From: Planctomycetota bacterium
GTDB lineage: Bacteria; Planctomycetota; UBA8108; SXIK01
Direction of reading: 5' to 3'
DNA: 64,000 nucleotides
Assembly: GCA_965223265.1 (NCBI GenBank)
Contig: OZ244999.1
Span: 1,920,001 to 1,984,000 of the forward strand
Numbering within the stretch: the first letter of the stretch is position 1; each line of letters starts with the position of its first letter. Of the stretch, positions 10,401 through 18,642 are shown piece by piece. A program made the translations under genes and the position numbers. The notes below the pieces were generated by a model, which was not told the DNA's origin, did no database searches, and was given only the letters and a program-made list of their open reading frames with translations.

Positions 10401-12863
10401 GACGCCCCCCAGAAATTCTTCGTGGAGGCGCCAGCGGTTGATGTTCTGAAAGTGTGTCGGTAGTAGGTTCGGGTCGTCGCGCACTGGGACGATATACTTC
10501 GTCGCACGCAAGGCAGAACCGGATGACTGCAGAGGAAGAGAGATTCGAAAGAAATCCGCCGCGGTGCACACGTCTGTGAGCGCATCGGCTGCGAAGGGCG
10601 CCACGTCCAGGGCATTGCGCACAACCGAGACGGTTCCCGTCAATCGATTCGCGATGGCTAAGTCGATGCTGCCGTTGCCGTCCAGGTCGCCGCTGCTGCC
10701 GAATCGCGGCTCGCTTTCGACTTGGATCTCGATCGGCGCTCCGAAGGTGCGATCTGGTCGTGTGATGAGGAGCGCCACGGTGCCTCCGTTCACGCTCATG
10801 CCGATGACATCGGGGCGTCCATCACCGCTGATGTCATCGGTTACCAAGGAATAGATCGGCAAGCCGTTTGCGGGTGCGTTCGTCTCGTCCCACTGCCCAC
10901 CGCCGTTATTCCACAGCACCGCGATCGAGCGTCCCGATTCGCTTCCCGTGGCAAGATCGACGCGTCCGTCTTGATCGAAGTCATTGGCGACGATGAAATT
11001 CGGGCGCTCCGTGACGAACACGCTAACCGGAGGTCGAAACACTCCCGGCGACGCCTGCTCGAGCAGCGTCACTTCTCCGGATCCGATCCCGGCCGTCGCG
11101 ATGTCCAGGTCTCCGTCGTGATCGAAATCGACGACGACACTGGCGCGAGGGATGCTCCCGACACGCAGCTCCTGTTCGCGAACGAAAGTGCCGTCGCGCT
11201 GATTCCGTAGCACAGTTACCGTGCTCACGGTTGGATTCGATGTTACGAGCTCCGGATATCCGTCGTCGTCGAGGTCGCCGCTCGTGATGTGAAATGCCCC
11301 CGAGCCGACGTCGTAAGTTGGGCCGAGTGCGAATGCACCCTGACCGTCGTTGAGCAGCAGGCCAGCGATGCTGAAACGAGGATCCACCACAGCCATGTCG
11401 AGATCGGAGTCTGCGTCGATGTCCACGAGCCTCAAGTTGAACGACGCCAAGTGGGACTCGACGTGCGTTGGGCCCGTGAACGTACCGTCGCCGTTGTTCA
11501 TGAACACCGAATAACCGACGGGCGAATTCATTCGATTGTTGCCCGTCACGATATCGATGTCACCGTCGCCGTCGAGGTCGCCAGAGCTCTCTGAGTGAGG
11601 GAAACCATCGACGATCAGTCGTTCTGGTGGGTGGAACGGGATGAAGTTCCGCTCCGCGCGCTCGTCGTTCCAGAGAAGCGTGGCTGTCTCGTTCCCAACC
11701 ACCGTGAGCGTTAGCTCTTTGTCACCGTCGCCGTCGAGGTCGAAGGCGCCAGCAGCGGCCGGCCGCCGTCCGAGATTCAGTGCGCTGATATCGAACGTAC
11801 CACTGTCAGTCCCGCGAAACACGACAGTCCCTTGTGGATTGCTCACAACGGCGATCAAATCGCTGTGCCCATCGCCTGCGAGATCTGAAGTCAGCAGCTG
11901 GTCCGGCGCAAAGCTGACGCGAAGCTGACGAGATTCAAGCGCTCCGGTTTGGCTTTGTAACAGGACGTCGATTCCATCGCGGTAGCCGACGGCGAGGTCC
12001 GCACGGCCGTCACCATTGAAGTCTCCAGCCGCCAGGTGTTCAGGCCTTTCCCGATTCAGGGGCAGCCGCTCTGCAACTGCGAAGGCGCCATCGCCATCGC
12101 CGCGTAGTATCGAGAGGTCAGAAGAGTCGCGGTTTGCCGTGACGACATCCAAAGCTCCGTCGCCGTCGAGGTCGGCTACGACAACCGCGGCTGGGTACTC
12201 GCCAACAGCATACTCACGGAGCGACGGCTGCACGCCATTCTCCCCTGTGTGCAAGGCGACCGTGACGTTGTCGCCAACACGGTTGGCGACGACCAGGTCG
12301 CTCGCAGAGTCGTTCGAGAACTGGCCGACGGCGAGCGCCTGCAGTCCGTTCGCCAGCGGCGTGCCTTCCGGCACTGCAAAAGTACCCGCACCATCGCCGT
12401 AGAGGATTACAAAGCGCGAAGGTTGGAGCGCGGCCAAGTCGGAGCTGCCATCGCCGTTGAAGTCGCCGACACACCAAGCCTTGGTACGTCCCTCCAGCAG
12501 AGTCCGCGACGTCGAAAACTGTGTTTCTGGTCCAGATTCAGGGCCTGTCGCGTCCCGGAGGGCTAACGTGACGCCGTCGACGTTTCCTGCCGCAATGTCC
12601 GCCAAACCGTCGCCGTTGAAGTCGGCGCTCGTCACGGAATGGGAGCTCAGTCCGACACCTAGCAGCGTTCGGGTCCGGAGCGCAAGAGGCGCGGCTTCGC
12701 ACTCATCTGGGATGAGGTTGTCATTGCAATCGAGACTTGCACCCGACGCTGTTTCGTCGGCATCTGTCAGGCCGCTGAAATTGCAGTCTGCTGCGTCGAT
12801 GCCACCGCCGAAAAAGAGCACCAACGACGCAGGTAAGAGAAGAAATAGCCCGAAGCGATTCAT
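7407..12863 (-). CDS. Exported FG-GAP repeat protein fused to a PEP-utiliser phospho-His domain, a PPDK-type ATP-grasp domain and a C-terminal dockerin-like domain
   Basis: 1818-aa ORF with signal peptide, DCN..PDEC motif and many D(F/L)(N/D)GDG..D(L/I) repeats. Dikinase motifs: GSLSHVAVRTARRGTPNA, FGGKATNLARL, FRSSSNLED..FSGAGLYES, ALKKVWTSLW, DFEFK..KQVRP. Tail FRRGDANADAQLDVADP..ADANDDGKITVTDA. Confidence 0.85.
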   Translation of the reverse strand: MNRFGLFLLLPASLVLFFGGGIDAADCNFSGLTDADETASGASLDCNDNLIPDECEAAPLALRTRTLLGVGLSSHSVTSADFNGDGLADIAAGNVDGVTLALRDATGPESGPETQFSTSRTLLEGRTKAWCVGDFNGDGSSDLAALQPSRFVILYGDGAGTFAVPEGTPLANGLQALAVGQFSNDSASDLVVANRVGDNVTVALHTGENGVQPSLREYAVGEYPAAVVVADLDGDGALDVVTANRDSSDLSILRGDGDGAFAVAERLPLNRERPEHLAAGDFNGDGRADLAVGYRDGIDVLLQSQTGALESRQLRVSFAPDQLLTSDLAGDGHSDLIAVVSNPQGTVVFRGTDSGTFDISALNLGRRPAAAGAFDLDGDGDKELTLTVVGNETATLLWNDERAERNFIPFHPPERLIVDGFPHSESSGDLDGDGDIDIVTGNNRMNSPVGYSVFMNNGDGTFTGPTHVESHLASFNLRLVDIDADSDLDMAVVDPRFSIAGLLLNDGQGAFALGPTYDVGSGAFHITSGDLDDDGYPELVTSNPTVSTVTVLRNQRDGTFVREQELRVGSIPRASVVVDFDHDGDLDIATAGIGSGEVTLLEQASPGVFRPPVSVFVTERPNFIVANDFDQDGRVDLATGSESGRSIAVLWNNGGGQWDETNAPANGLPIYSLVTDDISGDGRPDVIGMSVNGGTVALLITRPDRTFGAPIEIQVESEPRFGSSGDLDGNGSIDLAIANRLTGTVSVVRNALDVAPFAADALTDVCTAADFFRISLPLQSSGSALRATKYIVPVRDDPNLLPTHFQNINRWRLHEEFLGGVFPEMFPTLPDDRDFFDTLVGRRATRDYYIGAILRTETPNGIVYAFSVVADTGFDVQELLLLEEVQAVYDTLQQSFDLRPLVYQPEGDLARRRAEEWTNPPFDILFESGDPGIDYEPYTIAVGYGRVRLLTLAEFEEASDSGRLTFQDVIVVDEAPRDIEGVVGGVITGAIQGSLSHVAVRTARRGTPNAFVRDAREAFTPWAGQLVRLQVLADQYFVDAATIEEAQEFWSSSRPSLPTTPTLDVAYGGLDQFHEMDLLATETFTPVARFGGKATNLARLQRQLTGPFVQYQEAGFAIPVRYYLEFMEANTLTVDGREVTYRDYIEELIANDDFQSDSEQRFVALDQFRDRARSEGIVDPDLVAQLIARISEVFGGTRTMVRFRSSSNLEDTLEFSGAGLYESTSVCAEDTIDPSSPDSSHCDSQRTNERTIERALKKVWTSLWTFRAHEERTFFQVPADSIAMGILVNRAFLDEAVNGVAFTGSPRNTADKRYVITAQVGEASVVSPEPGTTVERNLLEIESGQVARIIRERSSSLVAPGETVMTDDQLRELGALMAHVDANLPLDLEGHDREEVLLDFEFKIESDGSLAVKQVRPFLVPSTVPQSPTFELAIEEGTSACAVFSGERLGRGPRVEYELKSVAQFKPGILELPTGSDSFSGELFDEVRFGPEQLLADPLDDGLFRVRRLGATGSDVTYRFDFEQSFVLPNGDSLKLEIFDVNFKSRGGVPLQRQRALDEEYLTSELSMIGSLNDVPVASYSSCRYELLPLFAMDIGLDDGSVIHLEERFLEAESLTETGPASLTRARVELEGEVRTETDYWRLAYSARRHNVEVKYWVVLEPMLVLPSLEKPVRVIEIGVPDREFEGGPPPVVKEASVLYLDESFDVIGTPSVTSFERGEIDPRGDVAFRRGDANADAQLDVADPLSILGFLFRRGTEPSCVKAADANDDGKITVTDAVTILLRLFAGGSPLPQPAENCDFDVTADTLTCQAFLPCDA

Positions 12864-13351
12864 GTCGACCGAGAATCCTTGGTACTTTCACATGCATGCA
12901 GTTGCCCCCGGACGTAACGCTTGTCGCCTGCTGGTGGTTCCCGCGAGACGCTTCGCCTTCTACGAGCAGTCCATCCTACCGGTTAGCGAACGCCGAGGGA
13001 ACGTTCCTTCCGGGGGTTGTGAGCTGCCGCCGGGCTGGGGTTCATAAGATGTTGCGTCGCCGCGAGATTTTCCCGATCCTCTTCGTTGACGCGGACGCCA
13101 AATCTGACAGCTCCCACTGGTGGTGGGTGCTCGAGGTTCGCCTGGTCTTCGCGGCTCTAGTAGGGGCTGTGCGTCGGTGTTGATTCTATAGACGGCTGAA
13201 CCTCGAACGTCTTGTCGGTTGCGGCATTCGGTTCATGCTTGCGTGCGCGCCGGCGCCTGCGCGGCGTCGTGCGAATGACCCGCCGACGAGAGGGTCTTGA
13301 ATCGGTTGACTCTACCACTGTCACGACTGAGACTTTGACGGGGAGAACCTT

Positions 13352-14923
13352 ATGCCACGCGTAGCCTGTTTTCTGGCCCTTCTCTTGCCTGTCCTGGCTG
13401 TGTTGTCAGCGGCTGAACCGATCGGCGAAGTGCTCACCGAACCTGTTGACCCAGCCGAGGTGAGGACGACATGGCGCAATCTTGCCAACGAGCAGGTGAT
13501 CTATCCGCTCAGTATGAGCGACGTTCCGGTGCGGCTTGACTCTTCGCACCAACTTTTTCTCGATAATTACCTCATCGCCGAGTCTGACAAAGTCACACGA
13601 CAAGTTCACGAACCGACGCGACATCCAAACAACCCGATCTTCAAGGCGTCTCCCGCCCAGTTCAACCATGCCGTCGTCCAGCACGTGCTCAAGTTTGAGG
13701 CGGCTCCAAGGTTTCGTATGTGGTACTGGTCGTGGGACAACTGGCAGACGCTCCCGAGTGGCCAACGAATTCGGCACGCCTCAAGCTACGCCGTAAGCGA
13801 TGACGGCGTCCATTGGATCAGGCCAGAGCTTGGACTCCACGAGGTGGAGGGATTGCAGGGACCGAACAATGTCGTTGTGCCCTATGGCATGATTCAAGGC
13901 GTTTTCTATCACCCGCAGGCAAGCGATCCCGACCAGCGCTTTAAGGCTCTCGTCTGTGTTGAGAGGAAGAATCCCGTGGTGCGCGAGGGTTACTATTTGC
14001 ACACGTCACCGGACGGGATCCGCTGGCGAGGTGATCTCTCGCACCCGGTGCTTCCCAGCCTCCTCAGCACCTACTACTTGCCACAAGGTGGGGTCGGCGA
14101 TACCTCGCGTTTTTGGTGGGATCCCGTGCGGCGTAAGTATGTGGGTGACATCAAATTCGTCATCTACGGCACCGAGCGTGCTCGCGGCACGATCGAGAGC
14201 GATGATTTGGTTCACTGGTCGCGGGCGACGCCGACGTTCCTCGCGCGCCGCAGTGACGAGACACAGATTTACGGACATCGCGGCTTCAACTACCAGGGGA
14301 TGTACATCGGGATGCGGTGGATTTTCGTTCCCGCCCGCAGTCAACGTCATTCGACGTACGTTGAGCTCGACTGCAGCCGCGATGGCAGGATCTGGACTCG
14401 CGTCGGCGCTGGCCAACCGTTCATGAGCTTCCGCGACCAACACGACACTTGGGATGCGTCGATCGTACGACCTGTCGCGATGCTCGAGGTCGGTGACGAA
14501 GTCTGGGTCTACTATTTCGGTGCACCGACTGAGTTGGAGTCGCGTCACCCGAATCTGCCGGCGCACCATAAAACTGATTACGCTCTGGGGTTGGCTACGC
14601 TACGGCGTGATCGATTCGTCTCCATCAACGCTAGCGATGACGTCGGTCTTTTGATCACGCGCCCACTCAATTTCACAGGTGACAGATTGCGAGTGAACGC
14701 CGTTGTCCACGAGGGCGGCAGCATCCGGGTGGGTGTGGTGGATCGAGACGGTCGACCGATGGCGGGCTACGAATCGGGGAGGTGCACACCGCTCGGCGGC
14801 GATGAGATTGATGTCCCGGTATCGTGGGCTGAAACGGACACGCTGGGCGGACTGCAAAATTCCGGCGTGCGTCTTCGGTTTGAAATGCGGCGAGCGCAGC
14901 TGTTTTCCTTCTGGATCGACTGA
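13352..14923 (+). CDS. Secreted five-bladed beta-propeller protein, glycoside hydrolase clan GH32/43/130-like
   Basis: Signal peptide, QLFLDNYLI, repeated S.DG..W (Asp-box-like) motifs, and a C-terminal LATLRRDRFVS..LRVNA..LFSF beta-sandwich. Substrate unknown. Confidence 0.6.
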   Translation: MPRVACFLALLLPVLAVLSAAEPIGEVLTEPVDPAEVRTTWRNLANEQVIYPLSMSDVPVRLDSSHQLFLDNYLIAESDKVTRQVHEPTRHPNNPIFKASPAQFNHAVVQHVLKFEAAPRFRMWYWSWDNWQTLPSGQRIRHASSYAVSDDGVHWIRPELGLHEVEGLQGPNNVVVPYGMIQGVFYHPQASDPDQRFKALVCVERKNPVVREGYYLHTSPDGIRWRGDLSHPVLPSLLSTYYLPQGGVGDTSRFWWDPVRRKYVGDIKFVIYGTERARGTIESDDLVHWSRATPTFLARRSDETQIYGHRGFNYQGMYIGMRWIFVPARSQRHSTYVELDCSRDGRIWTRVGAGQPFMSFRDQHDTWDASIVRPVAMLEVGDEVWVYYFGAPTELESRHPNLPAHHKTDYALGLATLRRDRFVSINASDDVGLLITRPLNFTGDRLRVNAVVHEGGSIRVGVVDRDGRPMAGYESGRCTPLGGDEIDVPVSWAETDTLGGLQNSGVRLRFEMRRAQLFSFWID

Positions 14924-14955
14924 GACGCTGGCGGTGTGAAGGTCTGGCGCTAGCC

Positions 14956-15933
14956 CTACGCGTGATCGCATCCGAAGAGGTTAACGCTGAACATCCTATC
15001 GTCGTCCGTCCAGGAGGTTTCGATTCGCAGATCGGCGGCGGCGGCTAGATTCTCGATGTCGTCGCGGGAGTACTTGTAGGAATTCTCCGTGTGGATCGAT
15101 TCGCCTCGCTCGAACTCCACGTCCATGCCAAGCTCTTCGATGCGGATCGTTTGATCTGTCTTGCTGACGAGATGCATTTCGATGCGGCTACGTTGTGATT
15201 CGAATCTTGCGTGGTGGTGAAAGCGATCCAAATCAAAATCGCCGTCGAGCTCGCGATTGATGCGTGACAGAAGGTTCTTGTTGAAACGGGCTGTAACACC
15301 TTCGTCGTCGTTGTACGCTTGTTCGAGCTTTTCGGTGCTCTTGTGGAGATCGATTCCGACGAGAAGCTTGTCTTGGGGCTTCATCGCAGATCTCACGCGA
15401 CACAGGAACTCCTCGGCGTGCGATGGTTCAAAGTTGCCGATGCTCGAGCCGAGCCAAGCGATGAGTCGTTGAGGGTGATCGCGCATTCTGTCGAGGAGGT
15501 TCACAACGCACTCGTAGGTGCCGACAGTCGACGCGATGCTGAGCTGTGGGTAGTCAGTTGCGAGGTCATGTGTGCTTTCTTCGACCGCTGCTGCAGAGAT
15601 GTCCAGAGGGCAGTAGAGAAAGGACTTCCGGAGTGCAAGGAACGCATCCAGTAGAACACGCGTCTTGCGGCTGCTGCCGCTTCCGAGCTCAACCAAACTC
15701 GTGCAAGCCGGAAGCTGCGCGGCGACGTCTTCGCAGCAGCTGCGAAGAATCTCGGTTTCTTTTCGCGTCAGGTAGTAGGAATCGAGCGAGCAAATCTCTT
15801 CAAACAACTCGGAACCATGGTCGTCATAGAAGTATTTGAACGGCAACGTCTTTTCCGGACGACTCAACCCTGCTTGCACATCTTTTGCGAAGTCATCATT
15901 CTGCACTTGCGTGCGCTGATCTAGGATGGACAC
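14956..15933 (-). CDS. egtD: L-histidine N-alpha-methyltransferase (ergothioneine biosynthesis)
   Basis: KTLPFKYFYDDHGSELFEEIC, YYLTRKE, VELGSGSSRKT, LGSSIGNF, AYNDDEGVTARFNKNLL, IHTENSYKY. GTG at 15933 chosen as start; the ORF extends to 16047. Confidence 0.93.
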   Translation of the reverse strand: MSILDQRTQVQNDDFAKDVQAGLSRPEKTLPFKYFYDDHGSELFEEICSLDSYYLTRKETEILRSCCEDVAAQLPACTSLVELGSGSSRKTRVLLDAFLALRKSFLYCPLDISAAAVEESTHDLATDYPQLSIASTVGTYECVVNLLDRMRDHPQRLIAWLGSSIGNFEPSHAEEFLCRVRSAMKPQDKLLVGIDLHKSTEKLEQAYNDDEGVTARFNKNLLSRINRELDGDFDLDRFHHHARFESQRSRIEMHLVSKTDQTIRIEELGMDVEFERGESIHTENSYKYSRDDIENLAAAADLRIETSWTDDDRMFSVNLFGCDHA

Positions 15934-16303
15934 GGTCCGTTCCCTGTCCGTACAGATGCCTCTTCCGATGTTCGTATCGTTTGGCACGTCTCTTCCTTTC
16001 GCTACTGAGAAGCTTCTTGGTGTACATGATGAGAGCAGCCGCATCAACCGTCACGGTTTAGAGACCGTCGACTTGCGTCCATGCGCGGTTCGCTATGCAG
16101 TGATCGTCAGTCGTACCCCGTGCGAGCGCCGCTCGTACATGACTTGCTCGACACGCGCATAGCAATGAAGACCGTACTGTGGTACGGTGTTGCGACACTT
16201 CACGAACCGTGCGGTTCCGAGATTCCCGTGTGTGTCTACGCGGGCGCACCGTGTTCCGTGCGCATCCGCGTTCATCGTACTCTCCGCGCTGGAGCGACGA
16301 AGG

Positions 16304-17077
16304 TTGAGGCCGACGGATTCGATTCTTGAATTGAGAGGTGTTTCGAAATCGTTCGGTGAGACGACCGTTTTGCATGGCGTTGATCTCGACGTTTTCGCTC
16401 AAACGACGACGGCACTCATCGGGCCGAGTGGTTCCGGCAAATCGACTCTGCTGCGGCTCATGAACGGCCTTTTGAGTCCCGATCTTGGCGAGGTGCGCTT
16501 TGATTCGCAGCTCGTCGACTCCAGTCCCGCGCTCGAACTACGTCGACGCATGGGCTACGTCATCCAAGATGGGGGGCTTTTTCCACATTTGACGGCGAGC
16601 CGCAATGTGACGCTACTCGCTCGTCATCTTCGCTGGTCTGAGAAGCGCATCGAAGGACGCCTCGACGAGCTCGTCGATTTGACGCATTTTCCACGCGATG
16701 GACTCGACCGTTATCCCTCGGAGCTCTCGGGCGGGCAACGCCAGCGCGTCGGGTTGATGAGGGCACTGATGCTGAACCCCGACGTCCTACTTCTCGATGA
16801 ACCGCTCGGTGCGCTTGATCCGTTGATTCGTTCGGAGTTGCAAGAGGAGTTGCGACAGATTTTCGTGACGCTTGGAAAGACCGTCGTGATCGTCACTCAC
16901 GACCTGGCGGAGGCCGCTTTTTTTGCCGATCGCTTGGCGCTTTGCAACCACGGTCGGATCGTGCAGATCGGTTCGTACTCTGAGCTCGTGAACGAGCCAG
17001 CCGAGGCGTTCGTAACACGATTCGTCCAGGCGCAGCGGGCATTGACCGCTGGTTCTTCCTCTGGAGACGCCCCATGA
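16304..17077 (+). CDS. ABC transporter ATP-binding subunit, osmoprotectant/quaternary amine (OpuA/ProV-like) family
   Basis: Walker A GPSGSGKS, GYVIQDGGLFPH, LSGGQRQR, LLLDEP, VTHD. TTG start at 16304 follows GGAG (ORF open from 16187). Confidence 0.9.
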   Translation: MRPTDSILELRGVSKSFGETTVLHGVDLDVFAQTTTALIGPSGSGKSTLLRLMNGLLSPDLGEVRFDSQLVDSSPALELRRRMGYVIQDGGLFPHLTASRNVTLLARHLRWSEKRIEGRLDELVDLTHFPRDGLDRYPSELSGGQRQRVGLMRALMLNPDVLLLDEPLGALDPLIRSELQEELRQIFVTLGKTVVIVTHDLAEAAFFADRLALCNHGRIVQIGSYSELVNEPAEAFVTRFVQAQRALTAGSSSGDAP

Positions 17078-18579
17078 CGCATCGCAGGCGTTTTCGACTT
17101 TCCGTTGCTTTCGTCGTGGCAGCGTTCGTGCCGTCGTTGTCTGCCGGTGAGGAACCGATCGTCGTCGGATCGAAGAAGTTCACGGAGTCGGTCGTGCTCG
17201 GCGAGATGCTGCTTCAGGTCGGTCGTTCCACCGGGGGGAGCATCGTCCATCAAAGGGAGTTCGGCGGCACGCGCATCCTCTGGAATGCTCTTGTCCGCGG
17301 CGATATCGACGCATACCCCGAGTATAGCGGAACGCTCTTGCGAGAGATCCTGGCCTCCCACAACGTCGAATCTATGGACGAGGCAAGGCCAGTTTTGGAG
17401 AGCTATGGGATTCGAACCAGCGGCGCTCTCGGTTTTAACAACACTTATGCGATCGGCGTCTTGCGCGAAATTGCGAAAAGTCGTTCGTTGAGCAGGGTCT
17501 CCGATCTGAGGGCCCACTCCGACCTAAGATTCGCCTTCAGCAACGAGTTCATGGAGCGGCAGGATGGATGGGACGCACTGCGTCAACGCTACTCCTTACC
17601 CCAAACGGATGTGAGGGGGATGGACCATGATTTGGCCTACCGCGGCCTTCTCTCAAAGGCAGTTGATGCCACGGACTTCTATGCGACGGATGCCGAGATT
17701 TCGCATCATTCGCTCATGGTCTTAGACGACGACCTGAAGCACTTTCCGCGTTACGACGCTCTTATCCTCTTTCGAGCTGACCTCGAGACAAGGGCGCCAA
17801 AGGTCGTGGCGGCAATGCGCCGACTCGAGGGGCGCATCGATGCCGTAGTGATGACGAACTTGAACCGTGAAGTGAAGTTTGGCGGTGCATCTGAAGCTGA
17901 AGTCGCTGCCGGGTTTCTTCGCGAAGCGCTGAGTCTGTCGATCGTCGTCGACAACGAAACGAGGGCCACTCGGCTTCTCAGGCACAGCCGCGAGCATTTG
18001 ACGCTGGTCGGCGTGTCCCTTCTGGTTGCTGTGTTGATCGCCGTTCCACTGGGCATCGTCGCGGCGAAGAGACCATGGCTCGGACAATTCGTTTTGGCGG
18101 CGACGGGAATTCTTCAGACGATTCCGTCGCTTGCGCTGCTCGTGTTTATGATTCCACTTCTTGGTATCGGCAAACCTGCTGCTGTTGCCGCCCTCTTCTT
18201 TTACAGCCTGCTGCCGATTGTTAGGAATACACACGCTGGCCTTTGTGGGATTCGCCCGGATTTGCGCGAGTCGGCAGAGGCGGTCGGGTTGCCACCTCGC
18301 GCGCGGTTATTTCAGATCGAGCTCCCACTTGCGTCCCCTTCGATCCTTGCGGGAATCAAGACCGCAGCCGTGATTAACGTCGGCACAGCGACGTTGGGCG
18401 CGTTGATTGGTGCCGGAGGACTCGGATCGCCCATTCTTACGGGGATTCGACTCGATGACTATGGGCTCATTCTTCAGGGGGCGATTCCTGCTGCTGGTCT
18501 CGCCGTCGCGATACAAGTGGCTTTCGATGTCGCCGAAAGATTCTTAGTCCCACGTGGTCTGAGGTTGCAACGTCAATGA
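17074..18579 (+). CDS. Fused substrate-binding protein and permease of a betaine/ergothioneine-type ABC transporter
   Basis: N-terminal OpuAC-type binding domain (GSKKFTES, YPEYSGT, GFNNTYA, YATD, FPRYDA) and C-terminal permease (QTIPSLAL, ESAEAVG..IELPLA, GAGGLG). 4-nt overlap with the ATPase gene. Confidence 0.9.
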   Translation: MTHRRRFRLSVAFVVAAFVPSLSAGEEPIVVGSKKFTESVVLGEMLLQVGRSTGGSIVHQREFGGTRILWNALVRGDIDAYPEYSGTLLREILASHNVESMDEARPVLESYGIRTSGALGFNNTYAIGVLREIAKSRSLSRVSDLRAHSDLRFAFSNEFMERQDGWDALRQRYSLPQTDVRGMDHDLAYRGLLSKAVDATDFYATDAEISHHSLMVLDDDLKHFPRYDALILFRADLETRAPKVVAAMRRLEGRIDAVVMTNLNREVKFGGASEAEVAAGFLREALSLSIVVDNETRATRLLRHSREHLTLVGVSLLVAVLIAVPLGIVAAKRPWLGQFVLAATGILQTIPSLALLVFMIPLLGIGKPAAVAALFFYSLLPIVRNTHAGLCGIRPDLRESAEAVGLPPRARLFQIELPLASPSILAGIKTAAVINVGTATLGALIGAGGLGSPILTGIRLDDYGLILQGAIPAAGLAVAIQVAFDVAERFLVPRGLRLQRQ

Positions 18580-18642
18580 TGCGCGCCTCGAGCTGCGGGC
18601 GGAGAGTCTTGCACCTGCAGGTTGAAAGTACGGAGTGATCAC

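Noticed and set aside
7407-12863. Calling the dikinase proteins ppsA or ppdK
   Set aside because: The domain order is reversed, there is no C-terminal PEP/pyruvate barrel, and a signal peptide and FG-GAP repeats are present.
15934-16303. SAM or other riboswitch between egtD and the ABC operon
   Set aside because: No recognisable aptamer core by eye. A divergent promoter region is enough to explain the gap; an Rfam scan would settle it.
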